Assembly: GCA_965112155.1 (NCBI GenBank)
Contig: OZ218102.1
Reading direction: 5' to 3' (one strand)
DNA length: 64,000 nucleotides
Source: Podarcis liolepis
Taxonomy: Eukaryota
A program made the position numbers and the translations under genes. How positions within the stretch are numbered: the stretch's first letter is position 1; the number at the start of each line of letters is the position of its first letter. A model generated the notes under the pieces. That model saw only the letters and a program-made list of their open reading frames with translations, made no database searches and was not told the origin of the DNA. Of this stretch, positions 29,011-42,274 are shown in pieces.

Positions 29011-29410
29011 CAGTGGTGCCTCGCAAGACAAAAAGAATCCGTTCCACGAGTCTCTTCATCTTGCGGTTTTTTCGTCTTGCGTAGCAAGCCCATTAGCGGC
29101 TTAGTGGATTAGCGCTATTAGCGGCTTAGCGGGCTTAGCGGATCAGCTGGTAAACGGCTTAGCGGATCAGCTGATAAGCGGCTTAGCGGATCAGCTGGTA
29201 AACGGCTTAGCAGATCAGCTGATAAGCGGCTTAGCGGCTTGGGAAAAAGGGGGGGGAGGAAAAAAACCCCCGCAGGAACTCGCAAGAAATTGTCGTCTTG
29301 TGAGGCAAGCCCATAGGAAATTCGTTTTGCGAAGCACCTCCAAAACGGAAAACCCTTTCGTGTAGCGGGTTTTCCGTCTTGCGAGGCATTCGTCTTGTGG
29401 GGCACCACTG
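29011..29410. mobile_element. CAGTGGTGCC-family MITE with an internal 24-bp tandem array
   Basis: TA TSD and TIRs; opposite orientation to the 25091 copy. Confidence 0.9.
29133..29228. repeat. Minisatellite, 4 x 24 bp (GCTTAGCGGATCAGCTGRTAARCG)
   Basis: Units start at 29133, 29157, 29181 and 29205. Confidence 0.92.
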
Positions 29411-29412
29411 TA

Positions 29413-29563
29413 CAATGGTACTTTGGTTCTCAAACTTCAATTGGAAGCTGCTGAAGACGCATCCGACATTTGTTTGCAAACCGGAACACTTACTTCTGGG
29501 TTTGCTGCATTCGGGAGCCGATTTATTCGACAACTAAACTGTTTGGGAGCCAAGGTACCACTG
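29413..29563. mobile_element. Tc1/mariner-type MITE (short)
   Basis: TA-CAATGGTACTTTGG ... CCAAGGTACCACTG-TA; shares its left TA with the preceding MITE. Confidence 0.8.
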
Positions 29564-29592
29564 TACATATTTACTCAGAAGTAAGTCCCCCT

Positions 29593-29940
29593 GACGCGGG
29601 TGGCGCTGTGGGTTAAACCACAGAGCCTAGGTCTTGCCGATCAGAAGGTTGGTGGTTCGAATCCCCATGATGGGGTGAGCTCTCGTTGCTTGGTCCCTGC
29701 TCCTGCCAACCTAGCAGTTCGAAAGCACGTCAAAGTACAAGTAGATAAATAGGTACCGGTCCGGTGGAAAGGTAAACGGCGTTTCCGTGCACTGCTCTGG
29801 TTTGCCAGAAGCGGCCTAGTCATGCTGGCCACATGACCCGGAAGCCGTATGCTGTCTCCCTCAGTCAATAAAACAAGATGAGTGCCACAACCCCAGAGTC
29901 GTCCACAACTGGACCTAATGGTCAGGGGTCCCTTTACCTT
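29593..29940 (+). mobile_element. Sauria SINE
   Basis: GACGCGGGTGGCGCTGTGG head, B box GGTTCGAATCC and CCTTTACCTT tail; TSD TAAGTCCCCCTGA. Confidence 0.92.
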
Positions 29941-30295
29941 TAAGTCCCCCTGAGTTCATTGTGTTCAGTTAACCAATCATGTGAATGGTGAAAACAGCAG
30001 GTTATTCTGTGGGAGGGTAATATAAATATTCTCACAGTAAATAGACGCATGAAATTGTTGTTTAGATAACACCAATAAATGAATACTTGTGTATGGCTGT
30101 TTTTGCAAGTCATGCATAAGAGAGCAATTTTATGGGGCGGGGGAGTGGGGAAGAATCCATGGGAGAGAGATCACAAGTCTAAAGTCCTGTTTGGCTTATA
30201 CAGGCAGCCCCTGGAAAAGAGGGTGGTGTTTTTCCCTTAAAAAAACAAAAACAGAAGAACAGTTCTGCTTGATCAGACCTGTGGCGCATCTAGTA

Positions 30296-30515
30296 CAGTG
30301 GTACCTTGGGTTACATATGCTTCAGGTTACATACGCTTCAGGTTACAGACTCCGCTAACCCAGAAATAGTGCTTCAGGTTAAGAACTTTGCTTCAGGATG
30401 AGAACAGAAATCGTGCTCTGGCAGCGCGGCGGCAGCAGCAGGAGGCCCCATTAGCAGTTTCAGGTTAAGTAAGGACCTCCAGAACAAATTAAGTACTTAA
30501 CCCGAGGTACCACTG
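30296..30515. mobile_element. CAGTGGTACCT-family MITE inserted in an older repeat fragment
   Basis: TA TSD and TIRs; the flanks rejoin as GATCAGACC...CATCTAGTA/CAGTATTCTGTTCTCATAGTGGCC. Confidence 0.88.
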
Positions 30516-32923
30516 TACAGTATTCTGTTCTCATAGTGGCCAGCCAGTTATGGAAACCTGCAAGCAACAGTACTCTCCCTACTTATATTCAGAGGTACAC
30601 TGCCTCTGAGAGTGAGCATAGCTACTGTGGCTAGTAGCCATAGCACACACATGCATGCACATGCTAACACACACACACACACACGAGCACATAGCATTGG
30701 CACTTGCTTTTTCCATATAAAAAATAACATTTATCCCCCCCCCCCCCGCCGCTTCTATTTATGTTTCACTGTGACTATATTGCCATGGCACATTCTGCAC
30801 CAAAGGGTGATTTAAATAAAAAATGAGTTCAATCAAAAATATTTATATGCTGCTTTTCTAGTCAAATCCTGTCCAAAGTAGCTTCCAACAATAAAAATTA
30901 CAAGTAGTATATTGAATAATCAATATTACAAAAAAGAAACTAAAAATAAAGCAGATCTAAACTCAACTTGTTAAAAGTCCTATGTTTATGCGTGTGCTTC
31001 AAAGGGTTTGCTATTTGAAATTCGCTGCACTTAAGCACAAATGAAATAACAAAACCGATATGTTTTGGAACTGTCTTTCATACAAAGTTACATCTCACAG
31101 GCTCATATGCTTTCCAGATGAAGAATATGAACCCTGCCTGGTTCCATCAGCTGGCTAGACCCAGCCTGGCTTCTCAAATGCATGAAGTTTGCCAAAAGAG
31201 TTTTCCATGATGATATCAGATGTCACTGCTGGAACTAGAACACTCTGTAGTTGTGAGCATCAATACTAGCTGTTTCTCCAAAACAAAGGCCAGCTGCCGC
31301 GGAAAAAACTCCTCTCAATAACTAGCTTGATGTCGGGTAGATCAGAGAACAAAACTCTTGCTGTATTTAAAGCAAAATCAGATTTCCCAGGGAGAAAAGA
31401 GGGATGTTTTATTAGAGGAAGTGATCAATAAAGAAATCATCATGAGTTTGGACTGACTGTTGATAAAGACTTCCCAGAGTAATAAACACAGTATCTCAGC
31501 AGCTTAAGCACATCATTTGGGCTGGTTTCCTGTAATACCTTTTCATGAGCATCTCAAACAGTAGATGCTTATATGTCTCAAGCCACAATCTCATTGTCAT
31601 TGTGGCTACTTGAGTTTCCAGAGATGAAGGTGGTTCAAGGATAAGGATGGGAAAAATCTGTCTATTTTGGTTCCTTTCCATTTTTCATTTGTCCACTCCT
31701 TAGTTTTCCACATTTCCACATCAGTGCCCTCATGAAAATTCATCAGAACCACACCCCAATCAGCTAATATACACTTTTTTGGTATGCAATTTTACCTAAT
31801 AAACCTATCATTGCAAAGCAATTTTCTGCAGTAAAAAGGTGTTTGTCATTTTCACAAATATTGGTATTTGTATTCACTCTTTAGTATGTGTATTTTTTAA
31901 AAAGACGTTATTTTATTATATTGCAAAGTGTGGAGAAATGCAAATTTCAAAGAATGGTTATGTTTCTGTCTGTGTATTGTTCTGGAAATTATAAATTAAG
32001 TAAGTTCATCTGTAATATTCAAGGAACACCCTAGTCTGCATATTTAAGGAACTACATAAACTGGTCCAGGGCAACCAGCATGAGAAATGGCAATCTCATC
32101 ACCATCGACATTATAGAAACATATAGCTTTGCTGTGTTGTTATAATTCAAATGAATTGCATTGTAATGTTTGTCTTCATTCTATGATCTGAGTTGGCTTG
32201 AGCAATCTCTTCTGGAATGAAAAGACAGTGTGAAAAATTTGATAGGCAGTCGAGTCCCATGGCAGACTGTGTGGGGCATCCCTTGTTTGAATGCATTCTC
32301 ATGTCAGGATCTCCATAAAAAAACACTGAAAGCAGCATTTCCAGGGAGGAAAATGAATGATGCTGTGGAAAATAAGTGGGAGGAAGAATTATGCACACAC
32401 ACACAAAAAACTGTGTCTTTATACTTAATGCAGAAACTGACTCATACAGGCATGTTTTCCTTCAAGTGGAACTGTAGGTAGGCAGCCGAGTTCCTAAATG
32501 TTCCTGCCGATATATTTTCCTGAAACATCAGCGTAATATCATTGCTAGTGATGTAACATCAGCACAGCAGCTGGTACGTCAAATCGCAAGTGTTTCTTTG
32601 CTGGCACAATGCGTCTCAGAACAGGACTGTAAGAGAATCGGAAGCAGAGCCAGCAGACCTGCTGCTGTGAAACTTCGTGCGTATTCAACATTGACTTCGT
32701 TCAAAGTCATACGTGCATAAAGGGGGGGGGGGATAAAGTATTGCATATCAGGGAATGGGGTGCAGGGGTGAAAGGAAAGGTGCTAAAGAGGGATTGGCCA
32801 TTCATTAAAAGTGTGATGGGGAGGGATTTTAAAGGACACTTTAGAAGTGTGGTATTCTTTGCCAACTTGCTTCCCAAACATGTTTGACAGTTATGGCTCC
32901 TCCACACAATCTATTCACGGAGC

Positions 32924-33071
32924 CAGTTACAGATAGGTAGCTGTGTTGGTCTGCCATAGTCAAAATAAAAAAATTCCTTCCAGTAGCACCTTAAAGAGCA
33001 ACTAAGTTACCAACTAAGTTACCAAGAGCTAACTTAGTTGGTCTTTAAGGTGCTACTGGAAGGAATTTTTT
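32924..33071. mobile_element. Penelope-like element remnant: inverted pseudo-LTR ends
   Basis: About 45-bp inverted arms matching 25841-25888; 12-bp TSD TATTCACGGAGC (32912-32923, 33072-33083). Confidence 0.82.
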
Positions 33072-34209
33072 TATTCACGGAGCATTCGTCTTGACTTGTT
33101 TGCACTATTTTTGTTTAGAGGCCACACGATGCCTAGTCTTTATTGAGCATTTGTTCTGATTTGTTTACAGGCTGGTTATAAAGCAATGAGCTGAGCATTC
33201 ATTCTGCATTCATAATGGTTTGCTTGTGGGGTATTTATGCCACACTTTTCACAACTTTGGATTCCAGAATATGATCCCATATAGTGTCCCCTCCCTCAAA
33301 TTACTATTTCATCCAGTGTAGTAAATAGAGTCACTTCAAGTGATGATCATTTTTTAAATTCAAAAAGTCTGTTTGTTTTTACCAAGAGTTAAATATGCCT
33401 TCTCAACGTCTCCAGAAGTTTCGCTCTTAATGACATCTTCAATATCTTTGCCAGTCTGCTAAAGTGCAATGATCAAATAAATCTTTAAAAAAGAGCTTTT
33501 CCTCGTCACTTTCGTAACTGCGAAAAAGGCCTGCTTTTTTTTAAAAAAGCAGATTTGAAGTACTAAGGTGACATAGCACCTTAGTCTACTTTAATTGGTC
33601 AATTTATGGGATGAGCTTGAATCCTTCCTGCAAAATACTGACAATCTGGAGGCACTCTTAGGAGTAACATGGTGGGATGGCATTTGCAGGAGCGTCTCGT
33701 CCTCCCAAAAAAACACCACCCCATTGTTGAGAATTCTACTCATAACCCCCCCCCAAAAAAAAACCTCATGTGGAAATTTGGAGAACCGTGAATTTAAGAC
33801 TAGAAAATGGAGAAAGCAAAATTGACATATTTGTCCAACTCTGCTTGAAATACCCTATTTCTCTTGTCACTGAAAACAGCAGGCAAGTAGAGCTTTCTGG
33901 GATGTGTACCCTTTGAATAAAGTGCCACAAATGTTTCTTTTTGCTGGCAAGCACCCTGAGTCCTTTAAAACACTTATATTTAAGCACTAGCCTGCTAGCC
34001 CCAGTGAAGGGCATGCAGGCAAGTGAGTGGGCTGTCAAAAGGATGAATGAAGTGCTCCATCTTTCCTCTAGGCCCAACATAGTAACCAGGTGGGCTGCCA
34101 GAGGAGGAAAGACTTCTCCACATCCAACAGAGATTTGGAGTGCGCTGCTTCAGGAGAGATGGACTCTCGGTCTCTCTTCTGATAGCCAACCCCCACCCCC
34201 AGCAGGATT

Positions 34210-34727
34210 AAACAACAACAACAACAACAATTATAATATTTTTTTATTTATACCTCACCCTTCTTGGTTCAAAAACCAGGCTCAGGGCGGCTAACAACAA
34301 ATTTAAAACACTTTAAAACACTTAATTATAAAAGCAGCATAAAATATAGTATAAAAACATGAATAACAATAAAATTCAAAAATCAATTAGATAATCCCCA
34401 GGGCTAGCTGGCTGAATTGGTCCTACTTGGGCCAGCGAGGAGGCCAGGGGAGTATTAGCTGTGGGGTCTCAGAGCAGGTAATCTTCATAAAAGGGGAGGG
34501 GGAAGGAAGAGAAGGGAAATAAAAGATTAGGCTGAATTCAAATTAAAGGCCTGGCACAATAGCTCTGTTTTACAGGTCCGATGGAAGGAGATTAAATCCT
34601 GAAGGGCCCTAGTCTCATGGGACAGAGCATTCCACCAGGTCGGAGCCATCACTGAAAAGGCCCTGGCCTTGGTGGAGGATAGTCTGACTTCCTTAGGGCC
34701 CAGGACCTCTAAATTATGGTTCTTCAT
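34210..34727 (-). mobile_element. L2-clade LINE 3' end
   Basis: Minus ORF RAFSVMAPTWWNAL...FHRTCKTELLCQAF, typical of L2 ORF2 C-termini, then 3' UTR and simple-repeat tail. Confidence 0.8.
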
Positions 34728-35981
34728 AGATTTTTGCAGGCTTGTAACTTTTTGGGGGGCTGGGGGGCGGGGAGGAGACTAATTTACAAGGCTTCTTTAA
34801 TGGCAGATGACAGCCAGATATTCACCTGTTGTAGCTTCCCCATCACTCCATCTCATGGCTTCCCAGTAGGGTAGCAATAAAACAGCTAGCACATTTGCAA
34901 AGCTAAGCATGGTCTGGTCTGGTTTCAAATTGGACGGGGGACCGAGTGCTGAGATTCCTGCATTGCAGGGGGTTGGACTAGATGGCCCTGAGGGTGCCTA
35001 CCAACTCTACAATTCTAAAAGTTTATGAATCTATGTCAGGAATAGCTTTGCCTGTCTAATTTCTGCCTTCCGTGCAACTACTAAAAGCCTAGGAGCCCTA
35101 GCTTTTAAGACATTTTAGGCAACAGTGTATTAGAAGGGTCTCACATTGCAGCTTCTATCAAAAAGAGGATGAGATGAAAAGGCAAGCTATATAATCAAAT
35201 CATCAGCCTGATGGAATTTCCAAATGTGTGTAGCCTGTTGTACATAATGCAGCTACTGTTTCATTTCACAGGCCTGTGAGCTACATTGCGCTTCAGGCCG
35301 TGATGTTCAAGAAGCCATGCTCTGATAATCATTTCCCTATCATCAGAATTCTTTTAGTGCCAGCCTTTCCTGGAATAAGCAATTTGCGGCCCCTTATCAT
35401 TGGTCTTTTCTTCTAAACCTGGAAGAGAAATGAAACGCACCTAAGAGGAACACGCCATCTCATTTATGTATAAGAAGGGAGGCAAATTATGGCAGTTCCA
35501 AAATCACTGTGCTATTGCAGTCTCTGCTGCAGCTGCTGATGAATTTCCATCACAAAGAAAACAGGGGAAACTCACTTATTTAACCCTTTCACATTATGCT
35601 CTTGTAGCTGCTGGTAGATTGACTAGAGCTTGACTGAGAACATCTTTTATAGTCTGACACATTATATAGGTGAATAATGAACTCAGGTTCTGAGTTCTGA
35701 CAGCTATGGGATTAAAACAGGAGAGAGAAGTATTGGTATGCTCAGAGGAATCCCAACGTTTCCAGAAGTAGGCAAAAGAATCTTTACGAAAATAAATCCG
35801 CAGGGGCAAAATGCCACAACAGCCCCCTAAGACTGAGCATATACAGTAGCCACAGAATACCAACCTTAGCTACCTCAGTTCTTTCCTGGAGCACAGCAGC
35901 TTGTTGGTCAAGTTAGTCTAGCTCATGAAGAGCAATAACTTGCCACAGCTGTGCTTGGTTTCCAGAGAGGAAGCCTATTTA

Positions 35982-36208
35982 CAGTGGTACCTTGAGTTAC
36001 AGATGCTTCAGGTTACAGACTCCACTAATCCAGAAACAGTACCTCTGGTTAAGAACTTTGCTTCAGGATGAGAACAGAAATCTGCACGACGGCGGCGTAG
36101 CGGCAGTGGGAGGCCCCATTAGCTAAAGTGGTACCTCAGGTTAAGAACAGTTTCAAGTTAAGTACGGACCTCTGGAATGAATTAAGTTCTTAACCTGAGG
36201 TACCACTG
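35982..36208. mobile_element. CAGTGGTACCT-family MITE
   Basis: TA TSD and TIRs. Confidence 0.9.
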
Positions 36209-38042
36209 TATTTGGCAGCCAGGGCTGCAAGTGGGTCACCGCCGCAAGACCAACCCCAAAAAAGAAGATACAAAAGGGACAAATCCCTTTGAGTTTCTCC
36301 TCCAGGATGTGACGAGAGTGAGGTGTTCACTGTGGGTGAGTGGCATTTGAAGAGCTTCCTCTTAGGTAAGAGATTGAAGCAGTTGGGCAGGGCAGGGGGA
36401 GATGTGTGTTATCTTGGCTTCCAAGTGAGAAGGGGAATGCTAGGGAGCCATACCTGTGTTGAATACATGAATGGAGTTCATCTAGTGTGATCGCTGCCTG
36501 TTTGGTAATTCTGCTATTTTATATTGTTCGGCTGATTTATTGTCTCTTTCTTTTGTATGCTTTTCACTGCTTTGGAGACATTTGGTCCAAGAAGTGGCAT
36601 ATAAATAAGCTATAACATTAACAGAACCCACTCCTGAGGGTCTTGTGGGGGTCAGCAAATGGAAAACCAGGAGTATGGAGAAGAGTCGAATGCAGTTTTA
36701 TGAAAGAAGGCAAAAATATCTGGCTGGAACACTGAACAAGATCATTCCAGAAGCCAGCATACTGATTGTAGGGCCCACTTGAAAACCTATATTGCCATTG
36801 CAAAATGGTTCATTCTTTCATTTCTTCATGTTTTCATTAATTTTAGAAGAGCAGGTGCAAAATACACCAGTCTCCTAGTTCCGCAGGAATTATTTCAAAG
36901 GCATGTCTTAGCTAAGCAACAGGCGTCCCCATCTAGTTTGTGTGAATTAGAACATCTTGCCACATCTTGAATCTAATATGCATGCAGCATCCAGATGTCT
37001 GATCTTCCAGAGCAATTTAATTTCCACAGCTGACTTTGCCCCCCTCCCCTGCACCTTTGCAGGTAGCTATGGCAACCAGCATTTCACCGCTGACATCTAA
37101 GCAGGCCACTGGTAACCATGATTCAAGACAATTATGACTACTGGTTGGTTTCTCCTTTTTGTGTGTGCACGTGGGGGAACATCTAAAGCATTCTGCATCC
37201 GTATCTTTGGGGAAAGAACGACTTCGTTTCAATCCTTGGTAAGTAGGATAGAGAATCTGTCAAGCACAGCCAAATCAACAGCACCTGTCCTTTGCTTGGC
37301 AGTGTGCAGATGGTGCCGCAGACCTGCCTGCACATCACTAGGTGATAGATGTGGTATTTTGTTCCTCCAAACAGCGTGCTCCTCTGTACTGTGTGTGGAA
37401 CCATATTTAGAAGAGCAACTCCTGTACAGAAACCTGTTACTTCTCACAGACTGACCAGGGCAAAGGATGGAAAACACTCTGCATGACACAGTTGCTAGAT
37501 TAATGACTGAGCTGGGATCCATCGTACATGTTTGCAGGGAAAGCATGGCACTGAACCCTGTGCGTGTTGACTTGAAAGTCCCACTGTGCTCAGTGGGGTA
37601 TATTTTTCCTAATAAGTGAAGGGGGATTGATTGTTAACCCACCCTGAGAATTGTAGCTCTGGGAGGAGGGGAATATGGTTTCCTAAAAACTCTCAGCACC
37701 CTTAACAAACTACAGCTCCCAGAATTCTTTGGGGCAAGTCGTGAGTGTTTAAAGTTGTATGATAGGGCTTTTTTGCAGCCAGAACTCACCGGAACTCAGT
37801 TCTGGCACCTCTCAGGTGAGCGCCATTGCCATTATTAGACAACAAGGGAGGTGTTCATACTGAGTTCTGGCACCCCTTTTTCTAGAAAAATAGCACTGAT
37901 GATAGTGCTTTAACAGTATGGTGTGGATATGGCCTTTATCCTTAAACTGGACTTCTACTGGGCAGCCCCTCAAACATGTGGCAGTTGCAAATAAAGGATT
38001 GTCCTCTGAGAGCCCTTCAAGTTGAGGGTTGTCCTTTGCAAA

Positions 38043-38043
<1 letters not shown>

Positions 38044-38098
<55 letters not shown>

Positions 38099-38165
38099 TT
38101 ATTTATACCCCGCCCATCTGGCTGGGTTTCCCCAGCCACTCTGGGCGGCTTCCAACAGAATATTA
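38044..38165 (-). repeat. (AAT)n microsatellite as the tail of a short LINE 3'-end fragment
   Basis: About 18 AAT units followed by TTTATTTATACCCCGCCC...GGGCGGCTT. Confidence 0.8.
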
Positions 38166-39133
38166 AAATATAATAGTAAGGCTCCATTGCCACACTACGG
38201 TGCTCTCAGCCTCTGTATTCAGAAGAACTAAGTATTCTTCATGCATGGAAGAGTCTGGCGGTGGCTGAGTTTGTTTGTTTGTTTTGGTAATTTCAGTATC
38301 TAAAGGCAGGAATGCATTTCATGGTGTTCTTCAGTTTTGAAAGAAACTGTGTGTATCTTTTAGGAATACTGATTGTAAACTCCTAAGGTTTTCAATATAA
38401 GGATGCCTTCATAAAGAATATTTGCCTTCTTGCACATATCATGTCAAAAAGATAAGACTGTTATGTCTGGAACAGAAGCAACAATGATATAACTGTTAGA
38501 TTTCCATAACTCTTTCCAAGCTAAACAGTCTTCTCAGATGTTCATAGTTTTCTTGAAATGTTCTTTGCCTGCCAGTTTTGGAACAGCCAAAGGAACCACA
38601 ATGCAGTTCCTCTCAAGGAGCATAAAGTCAACATTGACTCTGGTCACACTACTTTAGACAGAATTAGGGCAAAACAAATAAAACCAAGACAGATATAACA
38701 CTGTGTAAATTTTGTAAATTTTAATCTGGACACGTCCTCTTTGCTGACCAAAGTGCTAACGTCTTGTAAGGAAATCAGCTTGGGAAATGTAGCTTAATTC
38801 TATTTGCAGCTTATTTGCAGAGAAGCTGAGGTCTTGCAACAGGCCTTGCTTTGGCACAGAAGTGCATCTTAGAAACTTTACAAATATTCTGTTTTCCTGC
38901 TGCAGGGATGAGGGTTTGCAATGTATTGTTATTGTTATGTATTGTTATATTTTAGGCGGATATATATACCAACCTAGTGGCTCATAGACTCAAACTCTCA
39001 GGTCATTTCAACCCTTTGGGAGTCACCAGCAATATGTTGTGTCAGTTGCAGTGGCAAAGCTTCCTGTCTGAGTGCATTGTGTTATTTGCTCTTTCCTATG
39101 CTTCCATATCTGATGTGCACTTTATTCTCTCTG

Positions 39134-39267
39134 NNNNNNNNNNNNNNNNNNNNNNNNNNNNNNNNNNNNNNNNNNNNNNNNNNNNNNNNNNNNNNNNNNN
39201 NNNNNNNNNNNNNNNNNNNNNNNNNNNNNNNNNNNNNNNNNNNNNNNNNNNNNNNNNNNNNNNNNNN
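39134..39267. other. Assembly gap (N run)
   Basis: Run of n characters. Confidence 0.99.
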
Positions 39268-39287
39268 TTGTTACATTACAGCAGGTA

Positions 39288-39529
39288 CAGTGGTACCTCA
39301 GTTTACATACACTTCAGGTTACATATGCTTCAGGTTACAGACTCCGCTAACCCAGAAATAGTACCTTGGGTTAAGAACTTTGCTTCAGGATAAGAACAGA
39401 AATCGTGCTCCGGCAGCGCAGTGGCAGCGGGAGGCCCCATTAGCTAAAGTGGTGCTTCAGGTTAAGAACAGTTTCAGGTTAAGAACGGACCTCCAGAACG
39501 AATTAAGTACGTAACCCGAGGTACCACTG
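39288..39529. mobile_element. CAGTGGTACCT-family MITE
   Basis: TA TSD and TIRs. Confidence 0.9.
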
Positions 39530-41393
39530 TATTCTCATTGGCCACATGGGCTGGAGCTGGTGGGAGTCTGAGTCTAACAACTTTCCCCATCCCTATTTGA
39601 TATACACCTATCCTGCCTTTCAGCTGACGAGCAGCATACATAAAACCAAGGCAATCAATAATAGCTAATAAAACAACAAAAGTGACACAGTTAATCATGA
39701 TAAAAAGCAGCATTACAGGCAAGAATTGTTGAAATTCAGCAGAATATAAATCCAGCACTTTTAAGTAGCAGGAAAGGGTGGAATTTGCCCATTCCCCCAA
39801 ACTGTGATAATTTTATATACTGTGACATTTATCCTATAGCAGTTCTGGGATGTCATCTGTGCAGAGAATACAAGAGAAGCATTTAAAGGCACCATAAATC
39901 ATTAAGGATACATAGTAAATAGGTATTGCTGACAAGGCAAACTCCAAAAGGCTGTATTTCTGCCACATTAGTATTTTCTCTCTCTCTTCAAACTGCTGCT
40001 GTTATCAGATTCAAGAGTGCGCCTTAATTTAGGCTGAGCAACCGACAGCTAAAGTAGGCCCAAGTTGAAGCACTATTTTACCATTTCCTTTCCAATGACC
40101 TCCATGTTCTTAACAAGTGTGTGTGCATGTCGTGTGTATGCATATGGGAAGATTGAATGCCACCGACCATCTGAGTCACTTTCTCCAACTAGCTTAGTAT
40201 TGCCTTGACTGGCCATGGCTCTCTGGGGTTTCAGAAAGGGCTATTTTTCATCCCTCCCAAGAATGCTAGAGAAGGTGTAGCTAAATTGGTGCTGCCCAGA
40301 TGTTGCTGGATTGCAACCAGGGATTGTCAAATCTGTCCGTTTTCTGCCTCATTCATTCATTCATTCATTCATTCAAAAAGGACATCTTGAAAATCCAACA
40401 GCATTTGTGTGCTCACTGTGCCTAATATACACATTTTTGCAAAGCAATTTCCATTCATACAATGCATTTTTTGTATGTTACTTCTTCCCTAAATATATGC
40501 ATTTTTAGGCACACTTATACATGCATTTTTGTACACTTTACTTGGCAGGAGTAAAGTGCCATTATCCAAAGTTATTACTTGCATTGTAAAATTCAGAGCA
40601 GGGCAGATTTCAAAGGATGGCTGTGTTTCAGTCCTCATTGTTTTTTTTCAGAAAGTGTGAGTTAGACAGGTTTGCTTTTTAAATAGGAGCAGGTTAGAAT
40701 CTCTTCCTCATCCCACCATCCCTGAGCATCAGCCATGCTGGCTGGGACTGATGGAAGTTGCATCCCAATAACATCTGGATGGCATCACATTGAACCAGTG
40801 AACTTTTGTATGGAAAGGTTGCACTCTGCCATTAAGTCGCAGCCCTATATATTTCCTATATTATTGCAATGGCATACTGTACACTTCTTGGATTTGTTTT
40901 CTTGAAGAAACTTCTTTTAAGAATTGCATCATCTAAGCCCTCACTTTATTCCCTTTTCCTAGATTCTCTTACATGCTTCAGAAACCACTGACCCATGCAC
41001 AGCAAAAGGACCACACACATTTTTGGTACACCAGCTGTTCATTTGTTTACACTGAGTGTCTAACTGCATGTCATTAGAAGACAACTGGATATCACTTAAA
41101 TACCTAGAGGAGGAGCCCCAGCATTCCTCTGGATTAACAATAATCTTTATTAGTACTATTCCTCTTATTTAAATATACAAGTATTAATCATACCAAGTTG
41201 GTTGAAAATTTCAGCAAAAGTATTCTAGAAACATCCCCGTTTCCTTGATAATCTAAAGTTTTTACTTGCTTACTCACAACAGAATCTAGTTTTTAAAAAT
41301 ATGATGTTAATGTATCTTCATGTAGCAGATTTTATATATACAGGATGGTATACAAAGAGATTTTAAAAACTACAATGCAGTATGAAACACAGC

Positions 41394-42082
41394 AAGCTCA
41401 ACATCAAAAAAATGAAGATCATGGCCACTGGGCCAATCACCTCCTAGCAAATAGAAGGGGAAGAAATAGAGGCAGTGAGAGATTTTACTTTCTTGGGCTC
41501 CATGATCACTGCAGATGATGACAGCAGCCACAAAATTAAAAGATGCCTGCTTCTTGAGAGAAAAGCAATGACAAACCTAGACAGCATCTTAAAAAGCAGA
41601 GACATCACCTTGCCAACAAAGGTCCGTATAGTTAAAGCTATGGTTTTCCCAGTAGTGATGTATGGAAGTGAGAGCTGGACCATAAAGAAGGCTGATCACC
41701 GAAGAATTGATGCTTTTGAATTATGGTGCTGGAGGAGACTCTTGAGAGTCCCATGGACTGCAAGAAGATCAAACCTATCCATTCTTAAGGAAATCAGCCC
41801 TGAGTGCTCACTGGAAGGACAGATCGTGAAGCTGTGGCTCCAATACTTTGGCCACCTCATGAGAAGAGAAGACTCCCTGGAAAAGACCCTGATGTTGGGA
41901 AAGATTGAGGGCACAAGGAGAAGGGGACGACAGAGGACGAGATGGTTGGACAGTGTTCTCGAAGCTACCAGCATGAGTTTGACCAAACTGCGGGAGGCAG
42001 TGGAAGACAGGAGTGCCTGGCGTGCTCTGGTCCATGGGTTCACGAAGAGTCGGACACGACTAAATGACTAAACAACAACAAC
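41394..42082 (+). mobile_element. BovB (RTE clade) LINE, 5'-truncated
   Basis: ORF VKAMVFPVVMYGSESWTIKKA...RIDAFELWCWRRLLRVPWTARRSN...SRTRLND; (CAA)n tail; in-frame TAG at 41444. Confidence 0.95.
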
Positions 42083-42084
42083 TT

Positions 42085-42274
42085 CTTACGGTCATTCCAA
42101 GTCGTGACCGTGGCAAATACCAAAGTAGCTGGCGGGTTTGCTGCTGTTCACACATGCGCAGAAGTGGGCAATCACCGCTCATGCCTGCGCACAATGGCGC
42201 CTCTCCCAGCGACCCATTTTGACCTCCGGACGGACCTCCGGAATGGATTATGGTCGCAAATACAGGTTCCACTG
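42085..42274. mobile_element. Truncated Tc1/mariner-type MITE (right TIR only)
   Basis: Ends GGTTCCACTG-TA; internal GGACCTCCGGAATGGATTA as in related MITEs. Confidence 0.6.

Noticed and set aside
29133-29228. CRISPR-like or coding repeat (LSRLSADP ORF)
   Set aside because: Contiguous tandem units without spacers, inside a eukaryotic MITE.
29593-29670. tRNA genes (also 4234, 44098, 54644)
   Set aside because: The A/B boxes belong to SINE heads; there is no complete cloverleaf.
31640-32020. AT-rich dispersed repeat (related pieces at about 40320-40710, 53090-53420, 60470-60640)
   Set aside because: Looks like an old interspersed repeat, but it is too decayed to define ends or class by eye.
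37976-38231. Poly-Asn / poly-Ile ORFs
   Set aside because: Translations of the (AAT)n microsatellite.
41475-42071. 198-aa ORF as a host gene
   Set aside because: It is the C-terminal part of a BovB reverse transcriptase ORF, truncated and with an upstream in-frame stop.
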